A stretch of 51,924 nucleotides of DNA from Octopus bimaculoides (GCF_001194135.2 NC_069005.1:9030620-9082543), one strand, 5' to 3'; positions 11,351 to 24,119 are shown, counted from the stretch's first letter. Notes: generated by a model not told the origin, from the letters alone. Numbers and translations: made by a program.

Positions 11351-11799
11351 ATTGTTGTCAGCTCTCCCTTTATTTCCCCTTCTCTCTCTCTCTCTCTCTC
11401 TCTCTCTTGGCTATATTGGGATGTAAGTGGGAGCACTGATACATTACAGTAAGTTCTCAGTTAATTCTGAAATTAATTTAGTTCCTGATTTTAGTTGGAA
11501 ACATAGCTTTCTTTTTCTTCTTCACTTACTCATGCTTCATTTATTATGATTCCTGACCATAAATGTCCCAGCAGCTGTTGTTTAACCTTGGTCTACTCTT
11601 ATTAAGGAGATTTATGAACAAAAGCATTCTCTAGCTGTACCACTCCATCTTCTTTCTATGATTATACCCGTGAATGTCAATTGAGGGAGATTGAGCTATT
11701 ATTTTCAGCAGGGCTAAACATCATGGAACTTCCTCCCATATCAGTGGAGGGTCTTGTGGAGCCTTGTCTTGTGGAGCCTTGTCTTGCAAGTTACTTGGT

Positions 11800-12005
11800 G
11801 ACATCACTGGTGCTGGTGCCATGTAAAAAGTACTCAATACACCCTGTGAAGTAGTTGGTGTTAGGAAAGGCATCCAGCTGTAGGAACCATGCCAAAGCAG
11901 ACATTGTAGCTTGATGCAGTTCTCTGGCTCACCAGCTCCTGTCAATTTCTTCACCCCATGCCAGTATGGAAAACATTGGCTGATGACAGCGATGACAGTA
12001 TCAAG
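11800..12005 (+). mobile_element. SINE family C 3' part, degenerate
   Basis: Contains GTTAGGAAAGGCATCCAGCTGTAGGAACC and ends in a GATGAC tail. Confidence 0.75.
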
Positions 12006-12285
12006 TGATATGAGGAAGGATTTGGTTGTTATTTCTAACAAGTCAAGCACCTATACAAAGACTCCCTCATTGATTCACACAATTGATTTTACTGAGAGAC
12101 AAGTAATTGAAAAATTTTGGCAACATTTTAACTGGAAAACAGAGGTGAATCTTTGCCACACACTCTCTCCCGCCAAAGTTCCAAGTTGGTGGCTTAATAA
12201 GAAGTCAAGGCTGTTTTTGGCCACATAATCTGGTTTTAATAGTCTAAGGTGTAATTTGACATGATTTGGCTTTAGTTGTACTAAC

Positions 12286-12316
<31 letters not shown>

Positions 12317-13157
12317 ATGATGTGTAACTAAAAGAGACTCTATTACCAGAGAAATGCTAGAAAATCTTTTACCGTAGCCTCATTAGGTTTTTAACAACTT
12401 CAATTAGATTTCAACAACTGGTACTGTCTCATCATTCCCCCCCCCTCTTTACAATGGAAACAATTTACAGCTCGCCATAAAACTTGTTTTACTCTCTTCT
12501 CGCTTCTTGTCTATGATTATAACTTACGCTGTGTGTTTTCAATCTTTTGCAATGTTAAAAGGAATATCTTCTTTCTACGACGATAGCTACAATGATAACC
12601 ACACAGGCGATAACGATGATGATGATGAATTTGGCAACACCAAGATAAATCTAATTTAGAAGCCCAACCCGAACCATAAGTGAAGGTTTAAGGTTAAGGG
12701 GACTGCAAAGTAGAGAAAATTTAGACGGTAATATTTCGGCTATTAACCCCCGTCACTTTTTATCAATTTATTGGAAACTCCTCCTGAAAGTTCCACTACT
12801 GTTCAATTAGCCAATTCTTTGGGTTGTTTTGAGATGCCCTGCTTATTTACATATGCAACCACACTCATATACACACACATACATATATGCATACACACAC
12901 ATACATATACGCATACACACACATACATATACGCATATACACAACTTACAAGCACATATATATAGATATATACATACATTCAATTATTTAAAAAAAATAT
13001 GTATTGAATATGGCTCTGTGGTAATGAGTGGCCGAAGATTGCTTTGTAACTATGTGGTTTTGAGTTATGTCCCACTGCATAGCAATATGACCAAGAATCT
13101 TGTTACAACTTCCAGCTAACCAGAGATGTATCGTTAATGAAATTATATTTCTCAAAT

Positions 13158-13290
13158 AGGCGCAGGAGTGGCTGTGTGGTAAGTAGCTTGCTTACCAACC
13201 ACATGGTTCCGGGTTCAGTCCCACTATTATAGCCTTGGGCCTTGTGAGTGGATTTGATAGATGGAAACTGAAAGAAGCCCGTCGTATATA
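13158..13290 (+). mobile_element. SINE family B head with internal deletions
   Basis: GGCGCAGGAGTGGCTGTGTGGTAAGTAGCTTGCTTACCAACCACATGGTTCCGGGTTCAGTCCCACT, then a jump to ATTATAGCC; the CORE-like segment is missing. Confidence 0.85.
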
Positions 13291-13877
13291 TATATATATA
13301 TATATATNNNNNNNNNNNNNNNNNNNNNNNNNNNNNNNNNNNNNNNNNNNNNNNNNNNNNNNNNNNNNNNNNNNNNNNNNNNNNNNNNNNNNNNNNNNNN
13401 NNNNNNNNNNNNNNNNNNNNNNNNNNNNNNNNNNNNNNNNNNNNNNNNNNNNNNNNNNNNNNNNNNNNNNNNNNNNNNNNNNNNNNNNNNNNNNNNNNNN
13501 NNNNNNNNNNNNNNNNNNNNNNNNNNNNNNNNNNNNNNNNNNNNNNNNNNNNNNNNNNNNNNNNNNNNNNNNNNNNNNNNNNNNNNNNNNNNNNNNNNNN
13601 NNNNNNNNNNNNNNNNNNNNNNNNNNNNNNNNNNNNNNNNNNNNNNNNNNNNNNNNNNNNNNNNNNNNNNNNNNNNNNNNNNNNNNNNNNNNNNNNNNNN
13701 NNNNNNNNNNNNNNNNNNNNNNNNNNNNNNNNNNNNNNNNNNNNNNNNNNNNNNNNNNNNNNNNNNNTAAGAATATGCAAAAGAAACTAATAAATTATAG
13801 CAAATTATCGTAATAAATTATAGATGGTGGGTGGGGACAAACACAGACACACAAAGATATACACAAATACATGCATA

Positions 13878-14152
13878 CATCATCATCATCATCATCATCA
13901 TCATCGTTTAACGTCCACTTTCCATGCTAGCATGAGTTGGACGATCTGACTGAAGACTGGTGAAACCAGATGGCAACACCAGCCTCCAATCTGATTTGGC
14001 AGAGTTTCTACAGCTGGATGCCCTTCCTAACGCCAACCACTCTGAGAGTGTAGTGGGTGCTATTACATGCCTCCTGCACGAAGGCCAGTCAGGCGGTACT
14101 GGCAACGGCCACACTCGAAATGGTGCATTTTACATGCCACCTGCACAGGAGC
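13878..14152 (-). mobile_element. SINE family C 3' part
   Basis: Reverse complement of the family C tail, with (CAT)n at 13878-13905. Confidence 0.88.
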
Positions 14153-14178
14153 CATCTATCTATCTATCTATCTATCTA

Positions 14179-14214
<36 letters not shown>

Positions 14215-14392
14215 NNNNNNNNNNNNNNNNNNNNNNNNNNNNNNNNNNNNNNNNNNNNNNNNNNNNNNNNNNNNNNNNNNNNNNNNNNNNNNNNNNNNNN
14301 NNNNNNNNNNNNNNNNNNNNNNNNNNNNNNNCAATGGGACTGAACTCAGAACCATGTGATTGAGATGCAAGCATCTTACCACACAGGCACAC

Positions 14393-14442
<50 letters not shown>

Positions 14443-15536
14443 TATTTACATACATACATACATATATTCTGAAGTCTGATATTCTTCATTCTTCTTATGA
14501 ATTCTTTCTGATGTTGTATTAGATGTCTAAATGTTGGAGATAAGTCATAATTGTCAACAAGATTATAATTTCTTGGACTATTAACCACATATTTAGACAT
14601 GAAAAAAACATATTTCTCCTCCCCCACCACTCTTTTTTTTTTTAATATTAATATTTACATCTACACAGAAGTGTGTAGATGGAAAACTACATATATTTCA
14701 TGTATAGATGTGTGTGTACGTATGTAAGTATATATATGTGTATATGCATATATATATATGTGTGTGCTTATATATATGTGTTTATGTGTGTGTGTGTGTG
14801 TGTATACATATATATATGTGTGTGTGTGTGTATGTGTATATATGCATAAATGTTTGTATATACATGTTATATTTTTGTATATATATATGTGTGCATTCAT
14901 GTATATATTTGTATATGTATATATACACATATATATGTGAATGTATATATATTTATATATATAAATATGTGTGTGTGTTTGTGTGTGTGTATATATATAT
15001 ATGTATATTTGNNNNNNNNNNNNNNNNNNNNNNNNNNNNNNNNNNNNNNNNNNNNNNNNNNNNNNNNNNNNNNNNNNNNNNNNNNNNNNNNNNNNNNNNN
15101 NNNNNNNNNNNNNNNNNNNNNNNNNNNNNNNNNNNNNNNNNNNNNNNNNNNNNNNNNNNNNNNNNNNNNNNNNNNNNNNNNNNNNNNNNNNNNNNNNNNN
15201 NNNNNNNNNNNNNNNNNNNNNNNNNNNNNNNNNNNNNNNNNNNNNNNNNNNNNNNNNNNNNNNNNNNNNNNNNNNNNNNNNNNNNNNNNNNNNNNNNNNN
15301 NNNNNNNNNNNNNNNNNNNNNNNNNNNNNNNNNNNNNNNNNNNNNNNNNNNNNNNNNNNNNNNNNNNNNNNNNNNNNNNNNNNNNNNNNNNNNNNNNNNN
15401 NNNNNNNNNNNNNNNNNNNNNNNNNNNNNNNNNNNNNNNNNNNNNNNNNNNNNNNNNNNNNNNNNNNNNNNNNNNNNNNNNNNNNNNNNTATATATATAT
15501 ATATATGTATATATGCATGCATACACATACATATAC

Positions 15537-15570
<34 letters not shown>

Positions 15571-15776
15571 ATGTGTGTGTGTGTGTATGTATATATATAT
15601 GTTTATATGATGTCTGATTATTGAAAAATGATGTTAATTGTCTGCAAAATCATAATATGTTTCATATCCTATGTTCTGTGTTTCTGTAATGTACTCTTCC
15701 ATTATGAAATCTGTATGTTTATGTATTTATTCACATATTTATTTATTCATTCTTTTTTGCCTTTACCTTTGAAGCA

Positions 15777-16310
15777 CATGGCCTCATGATTTTGGTGGTA
15801 CACTCACAATTGCAAGGTTGTGGTTTTGATTCCTGGAGGGACCTGGCCATACGCTGCAGTTTTGAGGAAAATTCTTTGTTTCATGTTTCTCCTGTTCTTT
15901 TAGTTGTCAATGAGTCACCCTGCAACACACTGGTGTTGCATTTAAGGGAAAAGGGATCTCAGCCACATATATACCATGGGAACTGTGTAATCAGCCCTAT
16001 GAGTCCTAGATCTAGTCATAGTACTTACTAAACACATATGCACCCATACACATGCACGCACATATATGGTGAACACACATGGTCTAGTTGTTGTGGTGTT
16101 GCTCATCCAATCCAAAGATCGAGTTTCAATTCTCAGCTCAGGCAATGCATTATATTCTTGAGCAGATCACTTCCTTTCATGTTGCTCCAGTTTGTAAAGG
16201 AATAACAACCCTGTGATAGACAGGCATACCATTCAGGTAAATTCTCTAGCCTTGGTTACCTGTATGCATTGGAAACTAGGTAACTGGTTCTATGAGACCA
16301 TGAAGTTGAG
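15777..16310 (+). mobile_element. Two degenerate tRNA-derived SINEs, family D (V-domain-like), at 15777-16010 and 16078-16310
   Basis: Each has a tRNA-like head, a TTCTTGAGCA..CACTT segment and a CCCTG(C/T)GA..GAC.GGC motif resembling the V-SINE domain. Confidence 0.6.
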
Positions 16311-16629
16311 ACAGTGTTGTCTAGAGGTTGACGTCTTGCTTTTCTGAGTGTCAGCTTTTGCTGGGTTACCTATATCTTATGGGCTTGTCACGACAGCGAG
16401 GGTGACAGGATAACATCTGTGCGCATTAAGGGTGGAGCAAATACCACAAGGCATTTTTGTCCAAAAGCATCAGTTCGACAGCATTTGCCTCATTGATATT
16501 TTTCTCTTTACCAATATGCACCACAAAATATACACTTAGGAACAATTCATAGGCATGTGCACACACACACACACACACATTCGATGTGTCACACTCTAAT
16601 ATTGAACCTAGAACCATGTGGCATGCATG

Positions 16630-17120
16630 TACTGATGAACGGTTGAATGACCAGTCCAAGCTTCTCTGCTAGTTCCTCAACAGTTACAATGGGATTTTGT
16701 CCCACCAGAGTTTTTAGGACGTCTTCACTGAGTTCTACATGTCTTCCAGGATGAGGCTCAGTTCTAGGCTGTAGTTTCCAGCTCAGAATTTCTGGGACCA
16801 CCGTTGGCCCTGGCTTACATTTATTGTCCGATCCTGATATACTGCACTAATATTCCTTGCACTTTCCGTTGCGTTGTTGCCATTATTGAACTCATAACAC
16901 AAAATATGCTGAATATGCTCCTTTGTCACTTCCATTATAGCTTTGAAAAAATAACTGTTAAAATCGAACTGCACTCTTCAAAAGTTGCACTAAGAATAAG
17001 TGCAAGGTAAAATTACTACCTGTGTTTATAGCAAGTTGATGCAGGTGGTTTATCCCATCTGCCTCTGACTTTTAGGTCAAAGAATTGAAAAAACTGCATT
17101 ATTTATGGGATGACCCAATA
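16630..17120 (-). mobile_element. Mariner transposon 5' half: TIR plus degraded N-terminal HTH region of the transposase
   Basis: ATG at 16935 gives MEVTKEHIQHILCYEFNNGNNATESARNISAVYQDRTINVSQGQRWSQKF*, then after a stop and a frameshift EPHPGRHVELSEDVLKTLVGQNPIVTVEELAEKL (two mariner HTH domains and the GRP-like linker). TIR TA-TTGGGTCATCCCATAAATAATGCAG at 17120->17094. Confidence 0.92.
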
Positions 17121-17130
17121 TTTATATATA

Positions 17131-17330
17131 TGGGAGAATTTACGAAAAAAACAACAGACGAAGACAGGTGGTGTAAACAACAAATGGATGTATTAGTTTA
17201 ACGCTCGGGAATAGAGAAAGTCTTTGACGTTTCGAGCCTACGCTCTTCAACTGAAAGGAACACAGAAAGAAATAAGGAGAGCAACAAGGAGAAAAAATAT
17301 AAATGTAGTGGTCAGTGATCTATCATGGCA
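17131..17330 (-). mobile_element. About 200-bp repeat inside (TA)n carrying a hammerhead-like motif (possible Penelope pLTR-derived unit)
   Basis: Minus strand 17258->17220 reads CCTTTCAGTTGAAGAGCGTAGGCTCGAAACGTCAAAGAC. The unit is flanked by TA repeats on both sides. Confidence 0.45.
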
Positions 17331-17517
17331 ATACATATATATATATATATATATATATCTTCCTCTCTCAATCTATCTATTTATCTACATAGCTAGCTTG
17401 CTAGATATATCTCCATATATATTCATCGCTCCATCTCTTCAACGTCTTATCTATCTGTTTCTTCATTTCTCCATCCACTTGTCCATCCATCTCTTTTACT
17501 TCTGTCTCTCTATCCTC

Positions 17518-17548
<31 letters not shown>

Positions 17549-18687
17549 TGTCCTTATCTCTGTCTGTCTGTCTGTCTCTGTCTCCACTCAGCCATCCATC
17601 AATATGTACCAAGTTTCCCTTAGAAAAGTTAATCAAACCTGCCTCAGTCGTTTGTTAATTGGGAGAAGAATAAGAAAAGAGAGGAGAAAAACGAGCAACT
17701 TTCACACTTCCACTAAATTAAATGGATTAAAAACACATCTACATCTTTTAAAATTGTCAGATTTAATGTCTTTAGCTGAAGATATTCTCCAAGACTTTTA
17801 TTATTACTTTGCAATTTACCATTCTTTCTTTGCTCTTGCGTTTCATCTTCTATTCCATTTTATTTCATTTCACTTTATTTTATTTTATTTTATTTTATTT
17901 TTTATTTTATTCTGTTTCATTTTTTTTTGTTGCTTTTTTTGTATTTGTAATCTTTTTCTTCTTCTTTGCTTTTTCTTCTTTTAGCTTTTGTTTAGCTTTT
18001 TTTTTTTTGTCTTCTTTTATTTCCTCTCTGAAATTTTCCAATCAGAGATGAAAATGCTTTTTAATAAATTTGGTTTCATGTGTGTGTGTGTGTGTGTGCA
18101 TGAACACATGCTTGTGAACACACACATGTGTGTGCAAATCTGTGTGTATTTGTATGCACATGTGTGTTTTTTATTTATTATTATTATTAGTACCATCATC
18201 ATCATTACTATCAATATTAAAGTCATCATCATCATCTTTATTATTATTATTATTATTATTATTTATTATAAGTATCATTATTATTATTATTATTTTTGCT
18301 GCTATTGTATTCTTTTTCATTTCCTTTTATTTTTGTTTTATATGTATTTTGTTGTTGCTGTTGTTGTTTATATACATTCATCTATATTATTTATGATTTG
18401 TTTTTAATGGTTTTTATGTGTTTATTATGTGCAGTGTGATGTATATATAGGTATGCATATGTCTGCACACACGGATATGCTTGTGTGTGGAGTATGAGCT
18501 ATGTATGTATGCATGTATATGTGTGTGTGTGTGTGTGTGTGTATGTGTGTGTTATATATGTATTCATAATTTATCATTATTCTGTGAACATTAAAAAGAA
18601 ATGGCTTAAATTCGGAAAATTTATTTGAAATAGGCCGAATGCTTATACATGCATTCATAAATGCAATATGTATCCATTCATATACAC

Positions 18688-18741
<54 letters not shown>

Positions 18742-18797
18742 CTATATATACATATATAATATATATATATACATACATATATATGCATACATATATA

Positions 18798-18828
<31 letters not shown>

Positions 18829-19067
18829 TACACATATAACACACACGTGTATGTGTCTTTGTGTATAGCACTGTGCATTTGTGTTTGGGTGTATTTGTAT
18901 GCACATGTGTGTTTTTTATTTATTATTATTATTATTATTATTATCATCATTACTATCAATATTACAATCATCATGTTTATCTGTGTGGTTATCTATTAGT
19001 CTATTTATTTCGCTACGGAGAGAATAAGAGGAAAGTAGATAGATGGACTCTTGGATAGACATACACA

Positions 19068-19103
<36 letters not shown>

Positions 19104-19544
19104 CATTCATATACATTTGTATGCATGTTCTCCCCTCCTCCACATCATCATTGTCATCACCACCACCATTGTCATCACCATATTTCACTTTCCAAGCATT
19201 ATTTGAATTGTTTGTGCCCGATGTCCATATCTTGCTGCAGTGTCACAGTTTTAGCATGGTGTTTCTATGGCTGGGCACTGCATGCTTTTTTTTTCTTTTT
19301 TTTTTTGCCTTTTATTGTTTGTTTTATTGTGGTGCCTCTTTTGTCAAGATTTGGATAAGTCTAAAGAGGCATCTTAATCTTGCGATGCTTCTGCTCTGTT
19401 TGAACCAACCGCTTTTCTCGGTGTTACTGGGGTCCAGTTTTCGTTCCACAGTCTTATGAATTTCTCCTGAGAACTTGCAAAATGGAGAAGCCTCTATGAC
19501 TGAAAAAGAAAAAGGATAATAATATAAGGGGTCGGGGTGAAAGA

Positions 19545-19765
19545 TAGATAGATAGAGAGAGAGAGAGAGGGAGAGAGAGCAAAAGTGTGAGAGAGGGAGA
19601 GAAAGTGTGAGACCATGACCAGTCTGTCTTTTATCTGTGAGAGAGAAAGTGAGAAAGAAAGTGAGAAAGAAAGTGAGAGAAAGTGAGAGAGTGTGAGAGT
19701 GAGAGAAATGAGAAAGATAAAATGAGAGAGAGAGAGAGAGAGAGATAAGTGAGAGAGAGAGAGAA

Positions 19766-19799
<34 letters not shown>

Positions 19800-19960
19800 T
19801 GAGAGAGATAAAGTGAGAGAGAGAGAGAAAGTGAGAGAGAGAGAGATAAAGTGAGAGAGAGAGAGAGAGATAAAGTGAGAGAGAGAGAGAGAGATAAAGT
19901 GAGAGAGAGAGAGAAAGTGAGAGAGATAAAATGATAGAGAGAGAGAGAGAGAGAGCGAGT
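19545..19960. repeat. (GA)-rich polypurine minisatellite with unit resembling GAGAGAGATAAAGT
   Basis: Seen directly in the sequence. Confidence 0.95.
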
Positions 19961-20284
19961 GTAAGGATGTAAGTCGAGGTGTTTGCAGAAGTTACAGCAT
20001 GGTGACTTCAGTATTGCAGAAGGTAAAGAAGAGATTTATTGTTGTGTGAGGGTGATAGCGGGGAGAAAGAGGGTAAAAGAGAGGGGTCAGTTTTGGACAG
20101 AAAATAACGAAAGGGACAGGAGAAAACTAGACAATGGAATTGTTTGATTGAGAGACCTTCAGTGATTGCTTGAAACATTGTGGACTCTGTTCAAAGCAGC
20201 AATAGGCCTGACCAGATTAAGTGTGGTGGTATTAACCTGATTACACAGTTGATCAGGATGAGTATGTGTATATGTGTACATATA

Positions 20285-20630
20285 TATATGTTTGCCAGTG
20301 TATATGTTTCAGAAGTTTGTTTCCCAACCGATTGGTTTCGGGTTCAGTTCCACTGCATGGCATCTTGGGCAAGTGCCTTTTACTATAGCCATGGGCAGAC
20401 CACAGAATAGTGACAATCATGTCAATGGCACCTGTGCCGGTGTCACATCAGTGGCATCCGTGCCAGTGTTATGTCAATGGCACCTGTACTGGTGGCATGT
20501 AAAAAGCACCCGCTACGCCTTTGGAGTGGTTGGTGATAGGAAGGGCATCCAGCTGTAGAAACCATGCCAAACAACCCATGCCAGCATGGACAGTGGATGT
20601 TAAATGATAATGATGACGACAATGATGATG
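20285..20630 (+). mobile_element. SINE with a family B head/CORE-like segment joined to a family C tail
   Basis: GGTTCAGTTCCACTG..CATCTTGGGCAAGTG (head) continues into AGGAAGGGCATCCAGCTG...GTTAAATGATAATGATG (C tail). Confidence 0.75.
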
Positions 20631-21481
20631 AATCTAAGGGTTGCACAGTGTTTCCATCAAATAAATTTTACTGACAAGGCCCAGGTTGATCTGCTAAATT
20701 TTACATTATGAGACTGAATTGAACCAAGATCCACAGAGTTGGAAGACATTCTCCATAACCACTTAGTCATGCATGTGTAGATTTTCATTACATTTTGCTT
20801 TGGTCTCTTCATTTGATAATTAACAGCGACTGTTAATTATAGAATGATTAAAAGCTATCATTCAGAGATTATGGGATGCAGTCTTAATCTATTACCATTT
20901 AGCTTGCCTGAATACAGGGAATATTCTGGGACCTCAGGTGGTATATGTGACTAGGGTTGTAGAAGGTTTAAAGGCTCCATTTGAGAAGCACCCTCTGTAT
21001 GACCCGAGAGGGCCCATAACCTCTCCCCCTCCACCAATGTTGTTAAGTAGTTGACTGGAACTTTGGCTACCACAACCAGACTTGGGATGAAAACCGGAGT
21101 GATTCTTTCGAGATGTATTGTTGTGTCAAACCAGAGACGGTGGATTAAAGTCTGTAGAGTGAGGAGAACCGCCAGATTACAGACAAAATAGCCATAAAAC
21201 ACTGTGATTTCAAACTAGTTTGGGGGTTGGCTGGAGCAAGTGATGGTGGTGGTGGTGGTGGTGGGGGTTTCGATTCAGCTATGATGTAGCCAAATTTATA
21301 GACCACCCCCGCCACCTACCCACCCATCAGTCTACCTCTGTTTTGTCTGATTCTTAACGATCTTCAGGAAACCAGGTATTATCGCCTCTGTGAAGTGAGT
21401 TTCCACAATTACAATGTTGACCAAGCATCATTTAGCATGTTATAATCTAACGATGTTTACTTTGGAGGTTATTGCTGCTAC

Positions 21482-21524
<43 letters not shown>

Positions 21525-21774
21525 ATTCTTGTTTAGCCCCAGGTCAGCCTCGATCAAGCAGGCCTATTGCAGAAAGACATCCTTCCAGCCATGACTACTC
21601 TGTCTTTTATCTGCATCGATGTGCAAGGGAATGCACGGCCACATCATCCAACGGGTCCACTTTCTAATGACGGTAGCCGTAAGGAGTTTGATCTGGGAAG
21701 GATTTGGCTGCTATTGCTGGCTCATCAAACTACCACATACAGGCTCCTCTTACTATGCAGTAATACTTTCAATG

Positions 21775-22095
21775 GCTGATTATAATGATGATGATGGTGG
21801 TGTTGATGATGATGATGATGATAGTGATGATTTGGGCGATGAGGATATTGGTGATGATGATGATGATGATGATGGTGATGGGGAAAATGGTTGTTGAAAG
21901 ATAATGACAAGTGTCTGCTGCTGCTGCTGCTACTGCTATTAATGATGATGATGATGATGATGATGATGATCATGATAAGGATATGATGATAGAGTAATAG
22001 CATTTGTAATAAAGATGATGATGTTAGGATAATGATGTGGTGAGGGTGGTGGTGGTGATGGTGGTGGTGGTGGTGGTGGTGGTGGTGGTGATTAC
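21775..22095. repeat. (GAT)n/(GGT)n/(GCT)n trinucleotide low-complexity tract
   Basis: Seen directly in the sequence; explains the poly-D and poly-H ORFs. Confidence 0.95.
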
Positions 22096-22810
22096 ACATC
22101 ACACAAACGTTTCTGTCTATTCTGATTGAAGGGTTAGACATTATATTTTATGAAATAAATTGGAGAAATTTAGTCTGGTTCATGTTTGTTGTGTTTGTTG
22201 CTGCTGCTGTTGTTGTTGTTGTTAGCGTTTTGCTATCCCAAGGAAGCGAGGTTGGGGCGGGGTGAGCAGTGAAAACAATAAGGCTTATGTGCGTGTGTGT
22301 GTGTGTGTGTGAATGTGTGGGCATATAAGTGTTCAAATCTGTGTGCGTGTCTGTATTTGTGAATATTTGTAGAACATTCATTGTGTGTATGTATGTGATT
22401 TCTATCTTTATATGGATGTAGACAAGGCAGCACGATGAAGAATTTCATTTCTCAGCCTTGCGCTTTCAGGTTCCGTTCCAATGTGGTAAAGGTACCTTGA
22501 GCAAATGTCTTCTGGTGTATCGTCAGATTTACGAAACCCTTCGGATTGAAACTTGCTTGATGGAAGCTATTCTGAAAGCTGAAGCTACGGAGATAGACAA
22601 AGAACATGTTGTCTTCACTTCAGCATAGAAGTTACTCGTCTTGGAGATTTTAGATAATAATTATCCTAATGTGTCCATCTGTTCTAATCTAATTAAATTC
22701 TGTGTCTTTGTGCAGCTGAGGATTGCTCTGCATTTTTAAATTGATGTAATGATTGCATTGTTCAATTAAATGGAGTTGCATGAAACGATTGTACTGGATA
22801 TCCTTGTTGC

Positions 22811-22843
<33 letters not shown>

Positions 22844-23661
22844 NNNNNNNNNNNNNNNNNNNNNNNNNNNNNNNNNNNNNNNNNNNNNNNNNNNNNNNNN
22901 NNNNNNNNNNNNNNNNNNNNNNNNNNNNNNNNNNNNNNNNNNNNNNNNNNNNNNNNNNNNNNNNNNNNNNNNNNNNNNNNNNNNNNNNNNNNNNNNNNNN
23001 NNNNNNNNNNNNNNNNNNNNNNNNNNNNNNNNNNNNNNNNNNNNNNNNNNNNNNNNNNNNNNNNNNNNNNNNNNNNNNNNNNNNNNNNNNNNNNNNNNNN
23101 NNNNNNNNNNNNNNNNNNNNNNNNNNNNNNNNNNNNNNNNNNNNNNNNNNNNNNNNNNNNNNNNNNNNNNNNNNNNNNNNNNNNNNNNNNNNNNNNNNNN
23201 NNNNNNNNNNNNNNNNNNNNNNNNNNNNNNNNNNNNNNNNNNNNNNNNNNNNNNNNNNNNNNNNNNNNNNNNNNNNNNNNNNNNNNNNNNNNNNNNNNNN
23301 NNNNNNNNNNNNNNNNNNNNNNNNNNNNNNNNNNNNNNNNNNNNNNNNNNNNNNNNNNNNNNNNNNNNNNNNNNNNNNNNNNNNNNNNNNNNNNNNNNNN
23401 NNNNNNNNNNNNNNNNNNNNNNNNNNNNNNNNNNNNNNNNNNNNNNNNNNNNNNNNNNNNNNNNNNNNNNNNNNNNNNNNNNNNNNNNNNNNNNNNNNNN
23501 NNNNNNNNNNNNNNNNNNNNNNNNNNNNNNNNNNNNNNNNNNNNNNNNNNNNNNNNNNNATAATAGGGATAAAAATCCAAATTTGTATTTACTTATTAAA
23601 TTTTTCTATATGTGACTGGGGATTTTCATGGATAAGTTCAGGAATTGTGGTTCTTTTTTCT

Positions 23662-23699
<38 letters not shown>

Positions 23700-23954
23700 T
23701 GTATATATATATTTGTATGTGTGTGTGTGCGTGCATGAGTGTGGCAACATAATTGCATTATGTATATCCCAAACTAAACATATGTGAGTGTGTGTGTATG
23801 TGTGTTTCTACATGCTACATACATATATACACACATTTCACCACGTTCCCACAAGTATTTCAGCATACATCTAATAATATAGATGCACATATATTACGTA
23901 CACATTATTTAATATCCTGAAGTAAACTCGCACTCACACACACATACATTTCTG

Positions 23955-23996
<42 letters not shown>

Positions 23997-24119
23997 CATA
24001 TTGGTGTATGGCTTGGTAGGAACAGTCAAACTGACAAATGACATCTTTGCTGTTCATGGTTGACTGCTTGATAAGACAGTCAGTTGTGTCAACTTAAACA
24101 AATCTCTTGATTTTCTCAT

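Noticed and set aside
12530-12650. Minus-strand GTAAGT donor at about 12524-12529 with a hydrophobic frame (LGVAKFIIIIVIACVVIIVAIVV)
   Set aside because: The hydrophobic run comes from (ATC)n repeats, the frame stops before the donor and the acceptor is weak.
19991-20030. 34-nt exon candidate KLQHGDFSIAE with donor AAG|GTAAAG
   Set aside because: The upstream sequence is purine-rich with no polypyrimidine tract, and the exon is not symmetric.
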